From NCBI GenBank assembly GCA_973851085.1, contig OZ316775.1, forward strand, positions 4,588,001 through 4,652,000: a DNA stretch of 64,000 nt, in the 5' to 3' direction. Both the position numbers and the translations under genes were made by a program. The notes beneath the pieces are model-generated. The model was not told the origin of the DNA. It did not search any database and saw only the letters and a list, made by a program, of their open reading frames with translations. Source of the stretch: Ptychomitrium polyphyllum (taxonomy: Eukaryota). Shown one piece after another: positions 38,633-50,636 of this stretch; the stretch's first letter is position 1; every line of letters begins with the position of its first letter.

Positions 38633-40903
38633 TTAGAAAAGAGCTCGCAATTCAGCAGCCTCCGCTGCCATTTCGTCAAAGGTTCGATCCTTCCGTTCCT
38701 TGTCCAAATCCAGCTTCTCCGAGAGCTGCTTCTCCTTCTCATCAATCTGTGGTTTTTCTCAACACAAACTTGATGAGAATCGGTGAGGCAGAGGCAATTA
38801 CATACGTCCAGATATTCTACACAATACGGATTATTATCAATTTTCATTACTTATCACAAACTCACTTGGACTTGCACAGAAGGTGATACGGGACTACAGA
38901 CGGAAGACAAGATGCGTTCTTAAAATTACCACGTCATAAACTTCATCATTGTTCTCAAAGTCACCGCTCTTTCTAGGAAGAATGTGGACATGAACATGTG
39001 GTACAGTTTGTCCAGCCTGTGCACCATCCTGAAATAAAACACACATGTTTTGATTAAATGTCAAATTTAATATGCAAGAATCACAGTTGGTCATTAGAAA
39101 CAATGGCTTGATATCCTACGATATCATCAGGATAAAACATCTCAATTGGACAGTAAGATTGCTTTAGATACCCTCCTAGAAAAGCACATATTCATCACAT
39201 ATTAAAAATGTTCGAGAAGATGCTATGAGATGGCTAAGAATTGCATATAGCAGGAAATAATGGGCAATAGCCAACGTGCCTGGATAGCAAATGTCAGAGA
39301 CGTTGCTTTGAAGAAGGGTTCTATCTTATGACCAACTCGCTGAGCGGTAAGCCACAAGTCAGCGGTTTCCTCAGGGGTCAAATCAAGGAACCTGTGAACT
39401 ACTCTCCTTGGACTGACCAACACATGTTATAATGCGTCAAGGTATAACAAAATCTTAATGCGTACTCTATGTACCATATAGACTCTGAAAAATACTTCAA
39501 GGAACAACAAGAGGCAATCGTTTCTACGGTTAGCAGTCATAACCTGTTCACTGATACATTGTTTGCTACTCTATAGGTTGTTTTTAGAGGTTGTTTTTAC
39601 AGCAGTACCACAAGAAACCTGACTTCACTTGACACATACATCCGTAAAACAAAATTTCGTAGAAACTGGTTCCAGGGATGGACCGCTATTGAAGTTAGGA
39701 AAACCAAGACTTGGGTCGAGATGATCCAGATTTGACAGAACTGACAAATAAAACCTCTTTTCAGTGTAGAGGATATGACCTGCGCAAGAAACACACACCA
39801 AAAGTTGCTTTAAATACCATCCACATTCAAATTTACAGAAGCATTTAAAGAGTGAATGTTCATCAATGGTAATTGACTCTCGATGAAGCTGAATATCAGG
39901 AAGAATAGCAAACTAACTTCACAAAGAGGAGAAGAGGAATCATGATAGAAATGGCCCCATACCAGGAACGACAGGCTTGAGGTTTACAAAGGCATATGAG
40001 TGTTGTGTGATTAAAAACACTTCTGTGGGGTCGATCTTATACTTCCCAAAGTAAAATGTCTTCTCAGCCTGCCAATTCAACCAAACAGCTCGTACCTAAA
40101 TTAATCATGTGACGGAAGTCAGAGGAGAAAGTCAAGGCACAAAATAGCTAAAATTTGTCGAGAATGAGAAGAACCTCAACTTCTATCGGATTTAAAATCA
40201 CCTTTCTTGTTTATTGACACGTACCAATATATTCGTGCAAAATCGCAACCAGTTACAATCGTGAAACATTTTCAGAGCCACGTGGTAGAAACAATAGAAC
40301 AAAGGATAAAAACAACAAGTCTAAGATTTAAGTAAAATCTGGTGCCTCACTCCTCAATGCACGCATTGCTTTCCAGTTCAGGCTTTTGACCATAGAAGTT
40401 GCTGCTACTGTAGTTTGACATATCATTACAGAGTATGGTAGCCAACCTGATCCAACACCTCATGAGGCCCATCATTGACAGCCATTTTGGTCCTTCCTTT
40501 GGGGGAGCCTTGCATCAGCACCGGTCAACATCAAGTTCTACCAGGCAAGTAGCCGCATAAACATAGTATTCTCATTGCACACAAATTCCTAAGCGTTCTA
40601 AAGAGCGTAAGTGCAGTCACCGAGCTTAAAATTTTTGAAGGCACTAACTCTTGTTACCACGAAGCTTGGGAAAAATCTGGAGTTCTTACCAACTAGAGAA
40701 CGGAGAGTCCTTGAAGGCTGCTCAAACTTTTCACACAGGATAAGGGCTCTAAAGTTTGGAAGGCCTAGAAAAGAATCACGTCCGGATTGAAGCGATGAAT
40801 TAGGCGATCGCGCTCCTCGCCAAACACTGCACACAATTTGGAGGACTGGGCGCTGGCATATCTGACTGGGAAGCCTACTCCGAAAGGGAGATAAGCTCAG
40901 CAT
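38633..40903 (-). CDS. FHIT: FHIT-type bis(5'-adenosyl)-triphosphatase (HIT family) with a probable N-terminal targeting extension
   Basis: Exons 40903-40621 and 40508-40447 (N-terminal, less certain), 40068-39963, 39779-39777 (3 nt), 39425-39280, 39028-38930 and 38746-38633. [14 protein letters not shown], the histidine triad in [20 protein letters not shown], and C-terminal [13 protein letters not shown]. Confidence 0.92.
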
Positions 40904-41963
40904 TACAGCATGAACTGCCACAGCCGGACAAAAGGCACTCAATTAACATGCAATTTGTTGCGTGCAATGCAAGAAGTAGAACAACCAACAGAGAGTATCA
41001 AGAGTTTGTTCCTTCTAATCTCCTAATCCATGGACCCTAAATCATAGTTAACTAGCCTGTACCAACTCAGTGTCACAGTTACAGGGTTCAAATGCTTCTC
41101 CGAAACATACACACCCACATTCGAAAACACAATCCAAGAATCACACCGACTGAACAGATCTCAAAATGCGACCGCTCAAGAAGACCATAACCAAAGACAG
41201 CCACTCCAAACACTCACTCATTCCATAACAACAAGCAACAGCAGGTTGTCGGAGAAAGAACCATCATAATGAGTTCCAAGACCCAAACTCAACAGTGAAC
41301 TCACCTCTGCGAAAATGGGAGCTCGTCGTCGATGAGCTCCAACTATAAACCCTAAACCTCGTCTCCACGTTTACCAACGCTGTCGCTTCCTCTTCCGCGT
41401 TCCTCTTTCTTTTCCACCAATTCTTTAGTCTTGTCAACTGCAAACACTGTCAGTGCATTGCAATCGGTGGTGGTAGGTTCCTGACCACCTGCGAATTTCG
41501 AAGTGCAGATGGATGCACAAGGTGGTGATCAAGTTCAACAGTTCCAAACTTCTGCAAATTTCCAAATTGAGTTAGAAGCCTTCAAATGACAATCAACATT
41601 CAATCACCAGTTTTTTGAAATCTGCAAAAGGCATAGATTTGTGGGGAGGAGAAAGAATAATATGTTGTGCGACATCTTTAAGAATTGAGGCCTTCGCCAA
41701 TCCGGAGAGCTCCGCCAAACAAGCAGGGACCAACATCTGGCGCAAGAATGCTCCACCACCTGGCAGAGTCACTAACTGCGAGAGCACAGTTGATGAGTGC
41801 AACGCTGATGCGCTCAAGCAGCCGACTCTTCTCGCTTGTGTGTCCAACTCTTCCATCTCAGCATCAGGCATTTGCGGTACCCAGCTTTGCGTTCTCTCTA
41901 TATATTGTGATTATTTGAGTCGCAGCTCTATTGAATCTTTCGCGTAGTTGAACGGCTTTGTCT

Positions 41964-44018
41964 ATGGCGTTGAATTTGTTGGTGAGGAGCCCTGTTGTTG
42001 GTGCTTCTCTTATTCTCTCCGATTCTGCTCAGCTCCGACGCCAAACCGTCACTCCTTCTGTTTCCTATCCAGTAAGGGCTTTACCATGGTTTTCCTATTC
42101 TTTTTTATCTTTTTTTTTTCCATTGGAGTGCTCTATTTTGTTGTGGGTTACGGAATGGTTCTTGAGAGGTAGAATGGGGAATGTATATGTGTTGATGTAA
42201 GTGGGTTTTATGTTTGATAGCTGTTGCGAGTAGCAACGCTATTTTTGTATGGTTTATGAAACAATAGTTGTTGTGGCTTCAATTCCTTGTAACTGGTTAG
42301 TATTTTCTGAAGGATCTGGATTGAAAAGGCCAGTCCTGTCCTTGTGTTTTTCTTCTGTTTCCTGACTCTTCTTTTTGGTGATGCTTGGAATATGCAGAAG
42401 CAGAGGTCGTATCCAACCGTTGTTTGTAGCTCGAGGTTGCCGCTGAATCCAAGGGAGGCACGAGAAATGTCTGAAGGGCGTGAACCTGAGAGACGCAATG
42501 AAGGTGGTGGTGGAGGGTAAGGTCTGAGCAGATTTATTCCTGCTTTGATACTTTGGTGGTGATTTAGTGAAAAATAGACCCCTTATGGGTTTTTATAGAT
42601 GCATCTACTGAGTTGTGAGTGGCTTTGACATGATGGCAGACCCAACCCCTTCAGATTTTTCCAGAACTTTAAGGATGGTCTCTTCGCGGACCACAAAAGA
42701 TTACAGAAGGAGAAGAATTTGGTAACTGCTGATAGTCTTTTTTACTCATGATTTTCCTTCGTGTTTTCATCCATGCTTCTCATTGGGAAATAAAAGAAAG
42801 CCGATTATTTGATTCTGTTGTGATACCATAAAAGCTACTTTGAGGTGCAGACTTGTATTGTTGGGTGCTAGTGCAAAGCACACTTTGAGCTGAGAGTGGT
42901 GTGTGTAGCCTAAAGGAGATCTCTTGTACACCGTCGAGAAAGGAGATACATTGTATGCTATCTCTGATAGGCACGAGTGTTCGCTGGAGCTTCTTTTGGA
43001 GGTATTTGCAGAACTTCACCAATAATTGGTTAAATGCTCGCAAGTGATTTTCAGATCTCCTTCTTTGGGTAATCTCGTTGTGTGGAAATACACAGCATTG
43101 TTGATACCCAGTTCAGCCAAGAGGAAAGGGATCACGTGGCGTAGAACGTGGTCTTTGTCATATGGTTCCGATGTCCTGCTTTTATGTTTTTCTTCTGGGT
43201 TTTGAGCCTTTTTTTGTAATTGGAAGATGTCTAGTTTCTATTTAAGTCTAGAAGTGTGTTTAACTGAACTTTGGTGAGGTTTCCTTGTAATATTCTTCAA
43301 GGATTGAGGCCATTTGTGTATCTCGTTTCTAATATGTCAGCTGACTTTGTGTAGGCAAATGGTATTGAAGATCCCCACAACCTACAGGTTGGACAGGAGA
43401 TTTGGATTCCGCGGACCTATCAGATTAAGAAGGTAATTACTCTGGCTTGAGTTGAAACATCATGAGCATGGAGTAGTCACACTTCAGTGCCTCGCATTAT
43501 AATCTTGTGTAGTAAGGTAGAATGACGATTTTAAAGCAGTGACATTAGTGATGGATGAATGGTCGCTCCCAAGTTCATGAGTATTCTCATCATGACACTT
43601 TGATGACGAACAACGAGCGTTGATTCTAACCGCAGGGTGACACACTGTACTCTATCTCGAAGCATTATGGCGTAAGTATTGAAGCTATCCAGAAAGCCAA
43701 TGGAATTGATGATCCCAATTTTATCCACGAAGGTTATTTTCTCTATTCTGTTATCTTTCAATCTCCCGTGCAGTTTTGCTACCACAGTTCAGAATACAAG
43801 TTCCACGTTTATAAATAATTTGGCATAAGAGGATTCTTGCGCATAACAGAGTAACTCTTTGGGTTCACACTACGGAGTTTTATGCATTGTTTTCGTGGTT
43901 CTGACGAAGTTTGATAACCATCACTTTTGCAGGAGACCATATCTGTCTTCCGGAGAATGCCGATCACAAGGATTCTTCCTCGTCCGTAAATGATATTGTA
44001 AATTACATGGAGGATTGA
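41964..44018 (+). CDS. Tandem LysM-domain protein (2x LysM) with a putative chloroplast transit peptide, 220 aa, 7 exons
   Basis: Exons 41964-42071, 42398-42516, 42640-42721, 42909-43001, 43355-43432, 43636-43732 and 43933-44018 are all GT-AG and phase-compatible. LysM1 is YTVEKGDTLYAISDRHECSLELLLEANGIEDPHNLQVGQEIWIP. LysM2 is YQIKKGDTLYSISKHYGVSIEAIQKANGIDDPNFIHEGDHICLP. Confidence 0.9.
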
Positions 44019-45140
44019 TCCTGAATTTGGTATTCATTTACCGATCACATGAGAGTTGTGGATGTTTGTAAGCGTTGAAACACGAATATTTACAGTTCAT
44101 GTTGTGTATAAAGCACAGACGTCAACACGTCTGTTTAAATAGTTTTGATTTCTCCTTTGGCTTCACAACGGGTTTACAAAAGGAACAGATAATTTTTAAG
44201 TGAAGGACAGAAATGTATGTGGTTATTTTTCCTATCATACGTGTGGAACCATTTGTAGTTTTCATCAGTGCGGATGCCTCTGAGCAGGGTTGATTGTGTG
44301 AGGAATAACTTTATGCATACTGGTTTCTGAATGCGTGTGAACTTTGCAATTCACATCTTTGATTCAGTTAAGAAGCCGAGGGAAATGAGCACAAAATTTT
44401 GAATACAAATTTCATATCTCAAACTCGTTTACACTCGACCGAAACAAAATGCTGCCTCAAGTAAGTAACTCGACGGGTTTGGTATTTGCATAAACAGTTA
44501 GAAACGGAGCAATCTCCTTGTTACAGAGCAGCATTATGGACAAATTCTAGAAGTGAAGATTTCAGAGTTTCCAAACTAGTAGTCTTTAGAAATTGAAAAG
44601 GGAGTCATCCATTCATAACCGGTACTGTACTCACTGTATGAAGTACGAAAAGTGTGTATATATTTATATTTATATCTATATGTATACATATATATTCAGG
44701 AGCAATGATCTAAACAGAATTTCTCGGCATTACCAGCATGCTAGCTACATTCTCTACATATAACAGGTGGCTGTATCCTCTACACATAGAATATATATGG
44801 AGAATTTAAGTCGACATTGTTCGTATGTTGCACAAGAATCTTGTTAATCTAACGACGTTATATTCATATACTTTTGTTTATTCAAGTAACTTAATTTAAA
44901 ATTCAGGTGGACATGAGATGGAAGTGTTCGGTGTAATTCATCATCTATTGTGATTGTTTACCACAGCTTCTTTACATCAAGCTAGCGTCAGAGGTCACTT
45001 TCTTTGTCATAGGCTTCACCTGATTACCATTGCAGCAAAAAAACTCAACAGCGTTTAGTCAACAATAAATAAATGAACATGAAGATAAATTTCCGGTTCC
45101 GAATGGAGGTGTTGTGGCAACACAATGAGAGGCTAATTAT

Positions 45141-46694
45141 TTATGGAACAGCGTCCCATCGTAGCTCGCACAATACCGTTGAATCTGAGACAGTTTGTCG
45201 ACCATCTCGCAGTTCCGGATAGTCAATCCAAACACCAGTGGATATATCGTACAACCATGCCACCTTGTGTGAGTGAGGAGAATTATCAAATTGGATGTCT
45301 TCTACAACCAAAAGAAAACCTTTGCACCCCAAAAACCAGACGTCATACACTTTATCTGGACGTCGGTGAAGAGCTGCATAAGGGCGGTTAAAACGATGCT
45401 CTTTTACAGGCACCCCTACCCATCCATCCATTGGGACTTGGTGCTCGTATATGATGTAAGTTCCCAGGTCTTCTTCAGCATGATGTAACACGTAAACCCG
45501 GTCTTCCAGGAGAACAAAAGGTACTAACGGTTTTCCGTTGGACCTTCGCGGACCAGAGCTATACCGGATCATTCTTCCTGTAGCGCAATGATAGACGCCG
45601 TAGCAATTAAAAGAGTTATGTTCTCCATGGAAAATTCTCCCCTGACCAAATCTTCCGCGAATCGCCCACCAAAGGTACTGTAATCCAAAAATTACGTCGG
45701 ACGACTCACCCAAGCTGGTCCACTCCCCGGTCAAAGAATCGTACTGCTCTGCTACCAGAGGAGGTGCTCCCACATCGTGCAACTTGACACAGTTCAAACC
45801 CACGAGTGTCACTTTGTAGCCTTTTCCGTCTTGATTCATCACCAGCTTGATCATTTTGAGCAGGACCACGGAAGGTTGAGGAAGGTTTTTGGATTCTCCA
45901 GTCAATGGATTAACTACAAGAATGAACAGGGAATCAATACAAGTACTCGATTGAAAAGGAAACTCCCATGTCGGTTGAGCAAAACACACTAACCCTCCAT
46001 CGCTAGAAGTCATTTGAGGGTAATATATAAAATTCGGAGGATACAAACCAACCCGATCACCAATGCTAAGATGGATCTTCTGCCAAGTACTTGACGTCAT
46101 GTCACGAATCCCCACACTGTAGGATCCATTAATATGGACCCTGTGCCTAGGCCTTGAAGGCAGTATGACAGCTAGCGCTTTCGTATGAAACTGCGCACAG
46201 AGGCCCCTGAAATCCTTATCGCCCAGGTTGATGGTGCAACCCAGCTTAAAAGTATACCTTCGAAGGCTGAGAAGCAGAGCCAACGGCAGACGAGCAAAGA
46301 TGGCTCGTAGGAGATCCTTAGGCAAAGTGCCCCACCGGCTGGGGTCCATTGACGGGGCAGACTCAGAACGAGAGTGATCTCCACAATTTTTTGGCTGACG
46401 TCGCTCTCTTAATGCAGCTCTAAAGTCTTCCCCTTCTCTTGCTTCATCTGTGCCCACTACACTCTTGCTAGGAGATACAGAACCCTGTTTGGAAAATCCC
46501 AGGCGTTCGGCTGCAAAGCCAAGTACTTCGTCCATTTCCGAATCAGCCTCTCTTCTTCCTTGTATCAGTTCAGAGAGCATACACAGCAAAGCACTTGCCA
46601 CTTGGAGATTCATGTTTGCCCTCCCTTCTGCTGCGACTGAATAGGCTTCAGAGCCATTGGTGGCCTGCGTGGGAATCTCCGTCTCCTTCTCCAT
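45141..46694 (-). CDS. F-box protein with a kelch-like/FBA-type C-terminus, intronless
   Basis: Single ORF with first ATG at 46694. F-box MDPSRWGTLPKDLLRAIFARLP, then SSDGGLVCF, VVNPLTGESKNLP, YDSLTGEW and WLYDISTGVW repeats. Confidence 0.88.
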   Translation of the reverse strand: MEKETEIPTQATNGSEAYSVAAEGRANMNLQVASALLCMLSELIQGRREADSEMDEVLGFAAERLGFSKQGSVSPSKSVVGTDEAREGEDFRAALRERRQPKNCGDHSRSESAPSMDPSRWGTLPKDLLRAIFARLPLALLLSLRRYTFKLGCTINLGDKDFRGLCAQFHTKALAVILPSRPRHRVHINGSYSVGIRDMTSSTWQKIHLSIGDRVGLYPPNFIYYPQMTSSDGGLVCFAQPTWEFPFQSSTCIDSLFILVVNPLTGESKNLPQPSVVLLKMIKLVMNQDGKGYKVTLVGLNCVKLHDVGAPPLVAEQYDSLTGEWTSLGESSDVIFGLQYLWWAIRGRFGQGRIFHGEHNSFNCYGVYHCATGRMIRYSSGPRRSNGKPLVPFVLLEDRVYVLHHAEEDLGTYIIYEHQVPMDGWVGVPVKEHRFNRPYAALHRRPDKVYDVWFLGCKGFLLVVEDIQFDNSPHSHKVAWLYDISTGVWIDYPELRDGRQTVSDSTVLCELRWDAVP

Positions 46695-48529
46695 CTCACC
46701 GTCTCTAATTGACAACCTCAATCGCCAATTGCTCAAAGCTTAAACTGCTGCAACCGCAGCTCTCTCTGTCTCTCTGTGTGCGTCTCTCTCTCAAGCCCAC
46801 TCCCCAGCAGAACGCAGCAGGAAATAGTCTAGACCAGTAAATGTAACAACTGGTCATGGTTGTTTGCTGATTTTGTCAATATATAGTCACAAGGGGTCCA
46901 TCGTGGGGCTCCTTCAAAGCAGTACATTGGCCGTCGATCAACGTCGTTCCAACTGCAACGTACCAACTTGTGGCCGTCCTCTAGCATGAATCGATCCCCT
47001 TCCGGCTTCATTTCTGAAACCAGAAAAAAGATCCATACCTGTAGGTAAAATATCGAAATACGAATCTTGCTGCCGCACCCATGCACATGTATCCTCAAGT
47101 ACTGCGTCCTGCAGCCATACTTCGACATCTAGCATAATCAATGGTGATATACTGATCCAATTCACCCACTGATCGAACCGTTGGTTATTCATATCAGGGG
47201 CTCTTCTGCTTTTGATTGAAACCTTTTTGTCATCCACCGGCAGATTCAATACGGACTATTCATCCAAGAGTAAGATACGCATTTGTGAGATAATCAGGAC
47301 TACTGTGAGATTTTCTTTCTAATGTTGAGTCATTGTGGATATAGCACAATGTATCCCATTCAGTGGTGGTCTCATGTATAGATAAACTGGGTGTACAAAA
47401 TGGGTATAGAAACTGGATCCTACTCATTACTCTTATGTGTTAGATAAGAATGATTTGAATTGAGAGTAGATGTATTCATTCTGTAGAAGCCTATAGTTGT
47501 AAAAAATTGGTTGGTATTCCCTATTATTATATGTATTATATGTGATTCATATAAAAAATATGACTAGAGTTATTGACACATCAAATCATTTGTAGAAACC
47601 GATGAATCTATTTGCAGCAACCAATCACTCTGCATGCAACAACCAACCTATCTACTTGTAGATACCAACCAATTAAATCCTCTCTGCTACTATTTCATGT
47701 TACTATCTCACTGTAAAAAAAGATTGCAGCAATCTACTATCATCTCATATTGCTGTCTCATGTTAACAAAAGATTGCAGCAATCTACTACTATCTCACAT
47801 TTAAAAGATTGCAGGAATTGATTAAATCTTATCTATAGACTGTTGCTATTTGTTGTTAAAGAAAGATGATCTGATTGGACAAAGTAACATACAGTAGTAA
47901 CTCTAGTGAATTGAAATTCTACCTACTATTGGATATACTAACATATAAATCAAAGTAACACTTAGAATATAAAATCTTATCAAACTCTAGTTAATATTGA
48001 TTTCAACACTTTAATAAATTATTACTAATAGATTTTAAATACGCACTTTTATTCAACAAGGAGCTATGTAAAAGTGCTCCAGAAACAAATCACAATAAAA
48101 ATACCATGATATATTCTACAAATGTCTTAAAAACAATTACTGAATCTTTTGAATCTTTTAAAAATAGCCCTATAGTACTATAGTACTGTTCTAGATTCCT
48201 CTGGCAGCACTTCACAACAAATGAAAGCAAATAGAATACCATGTCCAAAGCAGCTCAGACAGAATGGATTATTAGTTACTGGGGGCAATCTCTGTGGATC
48301 GCACAGAAAGAAAAAAAGCACCATTCTTGACTACACCAGATGAAATGAAACTCAAAAGAGGTTGGATATGTTTAGCTGTGACACTAATGGGTGACTACTA
48401 CATTCTCTCAACATGCAAACAGTGCATGCCGGACTGCGGTCAGTAACTTCAGTGCGCAGGCGCCTGAACGTAGTGACAAGCTGTAGTTCTATGCACCTTG
48501 GGTGACCGTTCTCTGCGTCATGGTGATGT

Positions 48530-49320
48530 ATCTACATCGCACCTGCTGGCAGAAACTCAACAAGTGACACCAGCGACGACCAGGTGGGAGCAGAATCAGG
48601 GACTGTGTCGGCAATAAATGTTCCCCAGAAGTTGTGCATGGGTCGAACACCATGGACGCTCCAGATATGACCTACACAAGTCACAAGAGCATCAAAAAAG
48701 ATTCTCTTGCAGATTAAGGCGAAAGCTGGTATATGGCGCCGGCCATGGAGCAAGCCTACGGCGTGTTGATGCAAGATTTCATCTGGCACGTTAGACGATT
48801 CCCCCATGACATCTCCTGTTTGCTGCAACACCGTGTCGCATCTCTTGTCCCTCACGATCGACTTTGCTGGAACGTGGATGAGATGGCAGTCATCTAGACG
48901 TCTCAGTAACAGGACACTACGATTGGCACGTAAATGGGGTGAACCGTTAGTGAGGCCCGAACTTGATACAGCAACTCTCCGTCTGTAGCCAAAGTGGGCC
49001 CAGAGTAAAGGAAGATAGCTCTTGTGCAATGTCCTTTTTGATGGAATATCACTGCTTGGCATTCAGATCCAGGAATCTCCATCCGTGGTTTTCTTCAAAA
49101 GGCGTGAACCTTGGCTGGTTTTGAGTGAAGCTTGTGATTAGGAACGACGTATCTTGCCTAGCATTTTGAGTCCAGAGAGCTCTAGATGTACGCCTGCAGG
49201 TGAGCAAGATCCATCTTTTACGAACACTGGGAGACCTGGACAGCACAAGCACTGGAAGGATGGACAACATCTGCTCCTCAATTTTCGGCGGGAGTGTACT
49301 CCATAATTGATCTTCATATC
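48530..49320 (-). pseudogene. F-box pseudogene
   Basis: LWSTLPPKIEEQMLSILPVLVLSRSPSVRKRW (F-box), then GWRFLDLNAKQ*YSI (TGA where Trp is expected) and frameshifted LATDGELLYQ (compare ADGGLLC). The 3' limit is approximate. Confidence 0.72.
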
Positions 49321-50636
49321 ACCCATCCCCGTCAAGTAAATGAAAGAGAAGAGGCAAGTTAGCATGGTGATAAGAAACGATCATGGGGCTACTACACATG
49401 TGTTGAAGACAATTGTTGTTCCAGTTACCTAGTGTTATATCCAAGCATTTCAGTGGTTTTTCTTCAATGAAGTTGTCTACGTCTGATTAAAAAGGAAACA
49501 AACACGTAAAAACGAAAAAAAGCATTTTTTTGGTAAACATCCATTTACATATGCTCGCGTGCATGTGGGCTTTCTGTCAAAGGAAATCCAAACAGCAACC
49601 CCAAGCCCAACCAAAACCAGCCTTCAAGGTTGATGTTATTCAAAGTTGTTAGGTTGCGATCAAAGAAAAGATCTTTATGCAGTTCGTAAAACTGGTAAAA
49701 AACTTGTGTGCAGACACAATCGATACTTCATCAGTGCAAGCTTCGGAGAGGAAAACGAGACGAGATGAGATCTTCTTCTTATGTCGTTAGTCCAGAGGGT
49801 TCACACTGTAAGATTGAAATGATTTCACTCACAAGTTAGTTAGGAGGTTCCAACTCTACATCATCTGAGGCTGCCTGTGCAAATCTGGGTAGATTGCCAA
49901 TGGCGTCTAAATTGGTTGAAACGGAAGTTGAGGGAAGGATTGGTTTGATATGGGGCTGGCGGAGGAAGGCGACCACTCAAAACCCTAATCTGTTGTGCAA
50001 TCATTGAGAGTGAGCGAGAGACCGACCATCACAATTTCGCTGATTTTGAAGTTTAGAGGCGATATTTGCGCTACAGGTGAGTTCGGACACAACAACTGTC
50101 AGGATTTCAACTCCTGTTGGAAACGCTGTTCTGTTGCAATCAAGTTAATCAGCAATATTAGTAATTACCAGGATGACAATGATCGTGTTATGACGGTTTA
50201 TTCTGAAACCGAAAACGCCAAACAGCAAAAGTAACCCAGAAGGTTGGTTCGATAGAGCGATGAGCGATCGAGGAGGTGGTCCGGCATGACTTTTGAAACA
50301 GACTCCTACATATTCAAATCCTGTTTCTCATGGCTTCCAGCGCTGGGTATTTGCCAGGTTGATCATATTTCCGATAACTGGGAACTCCATTACTTTGTAA
50401 GCAGCATTTAGAGCACCAAGTGTTAGGGTCAGGGACATGTCCAATTAATAAGGCTAATGCAACAATCTCATAGCAGGCTCTGTTGTCTATAATATTAATC
50501 TTTAAAATCAAGGGACTTTACTTAGCAACATCTTTCAAAGCGAGCGCTGGATCAAGAAGAATTTATAGTCACCTAACTTAATCACCATTCTGCAAACAGT
50601 ATTCTACTGGAACACTTTATAAGATCTGCTCCAGAG

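Noticed and set aside
41593..41947. ORFs of 77-110 aa between FHIT and the LysM gene
   Set aside because: No domain similarity or splice support. The region is better explained as promoter and 5' UTR.
46829..47249. Two overlapping ORFs of about 100 aa upstream of the F-box gene
   Set aside because: They might be the tail of a decayed F-box gene, but no motif was clear enough to support a call.
48532..49062. 176-aa ORF as an independent gene
   Set aside because: It overlaps the frameshifted F-box pseudogene and has no coherent domain of its own.
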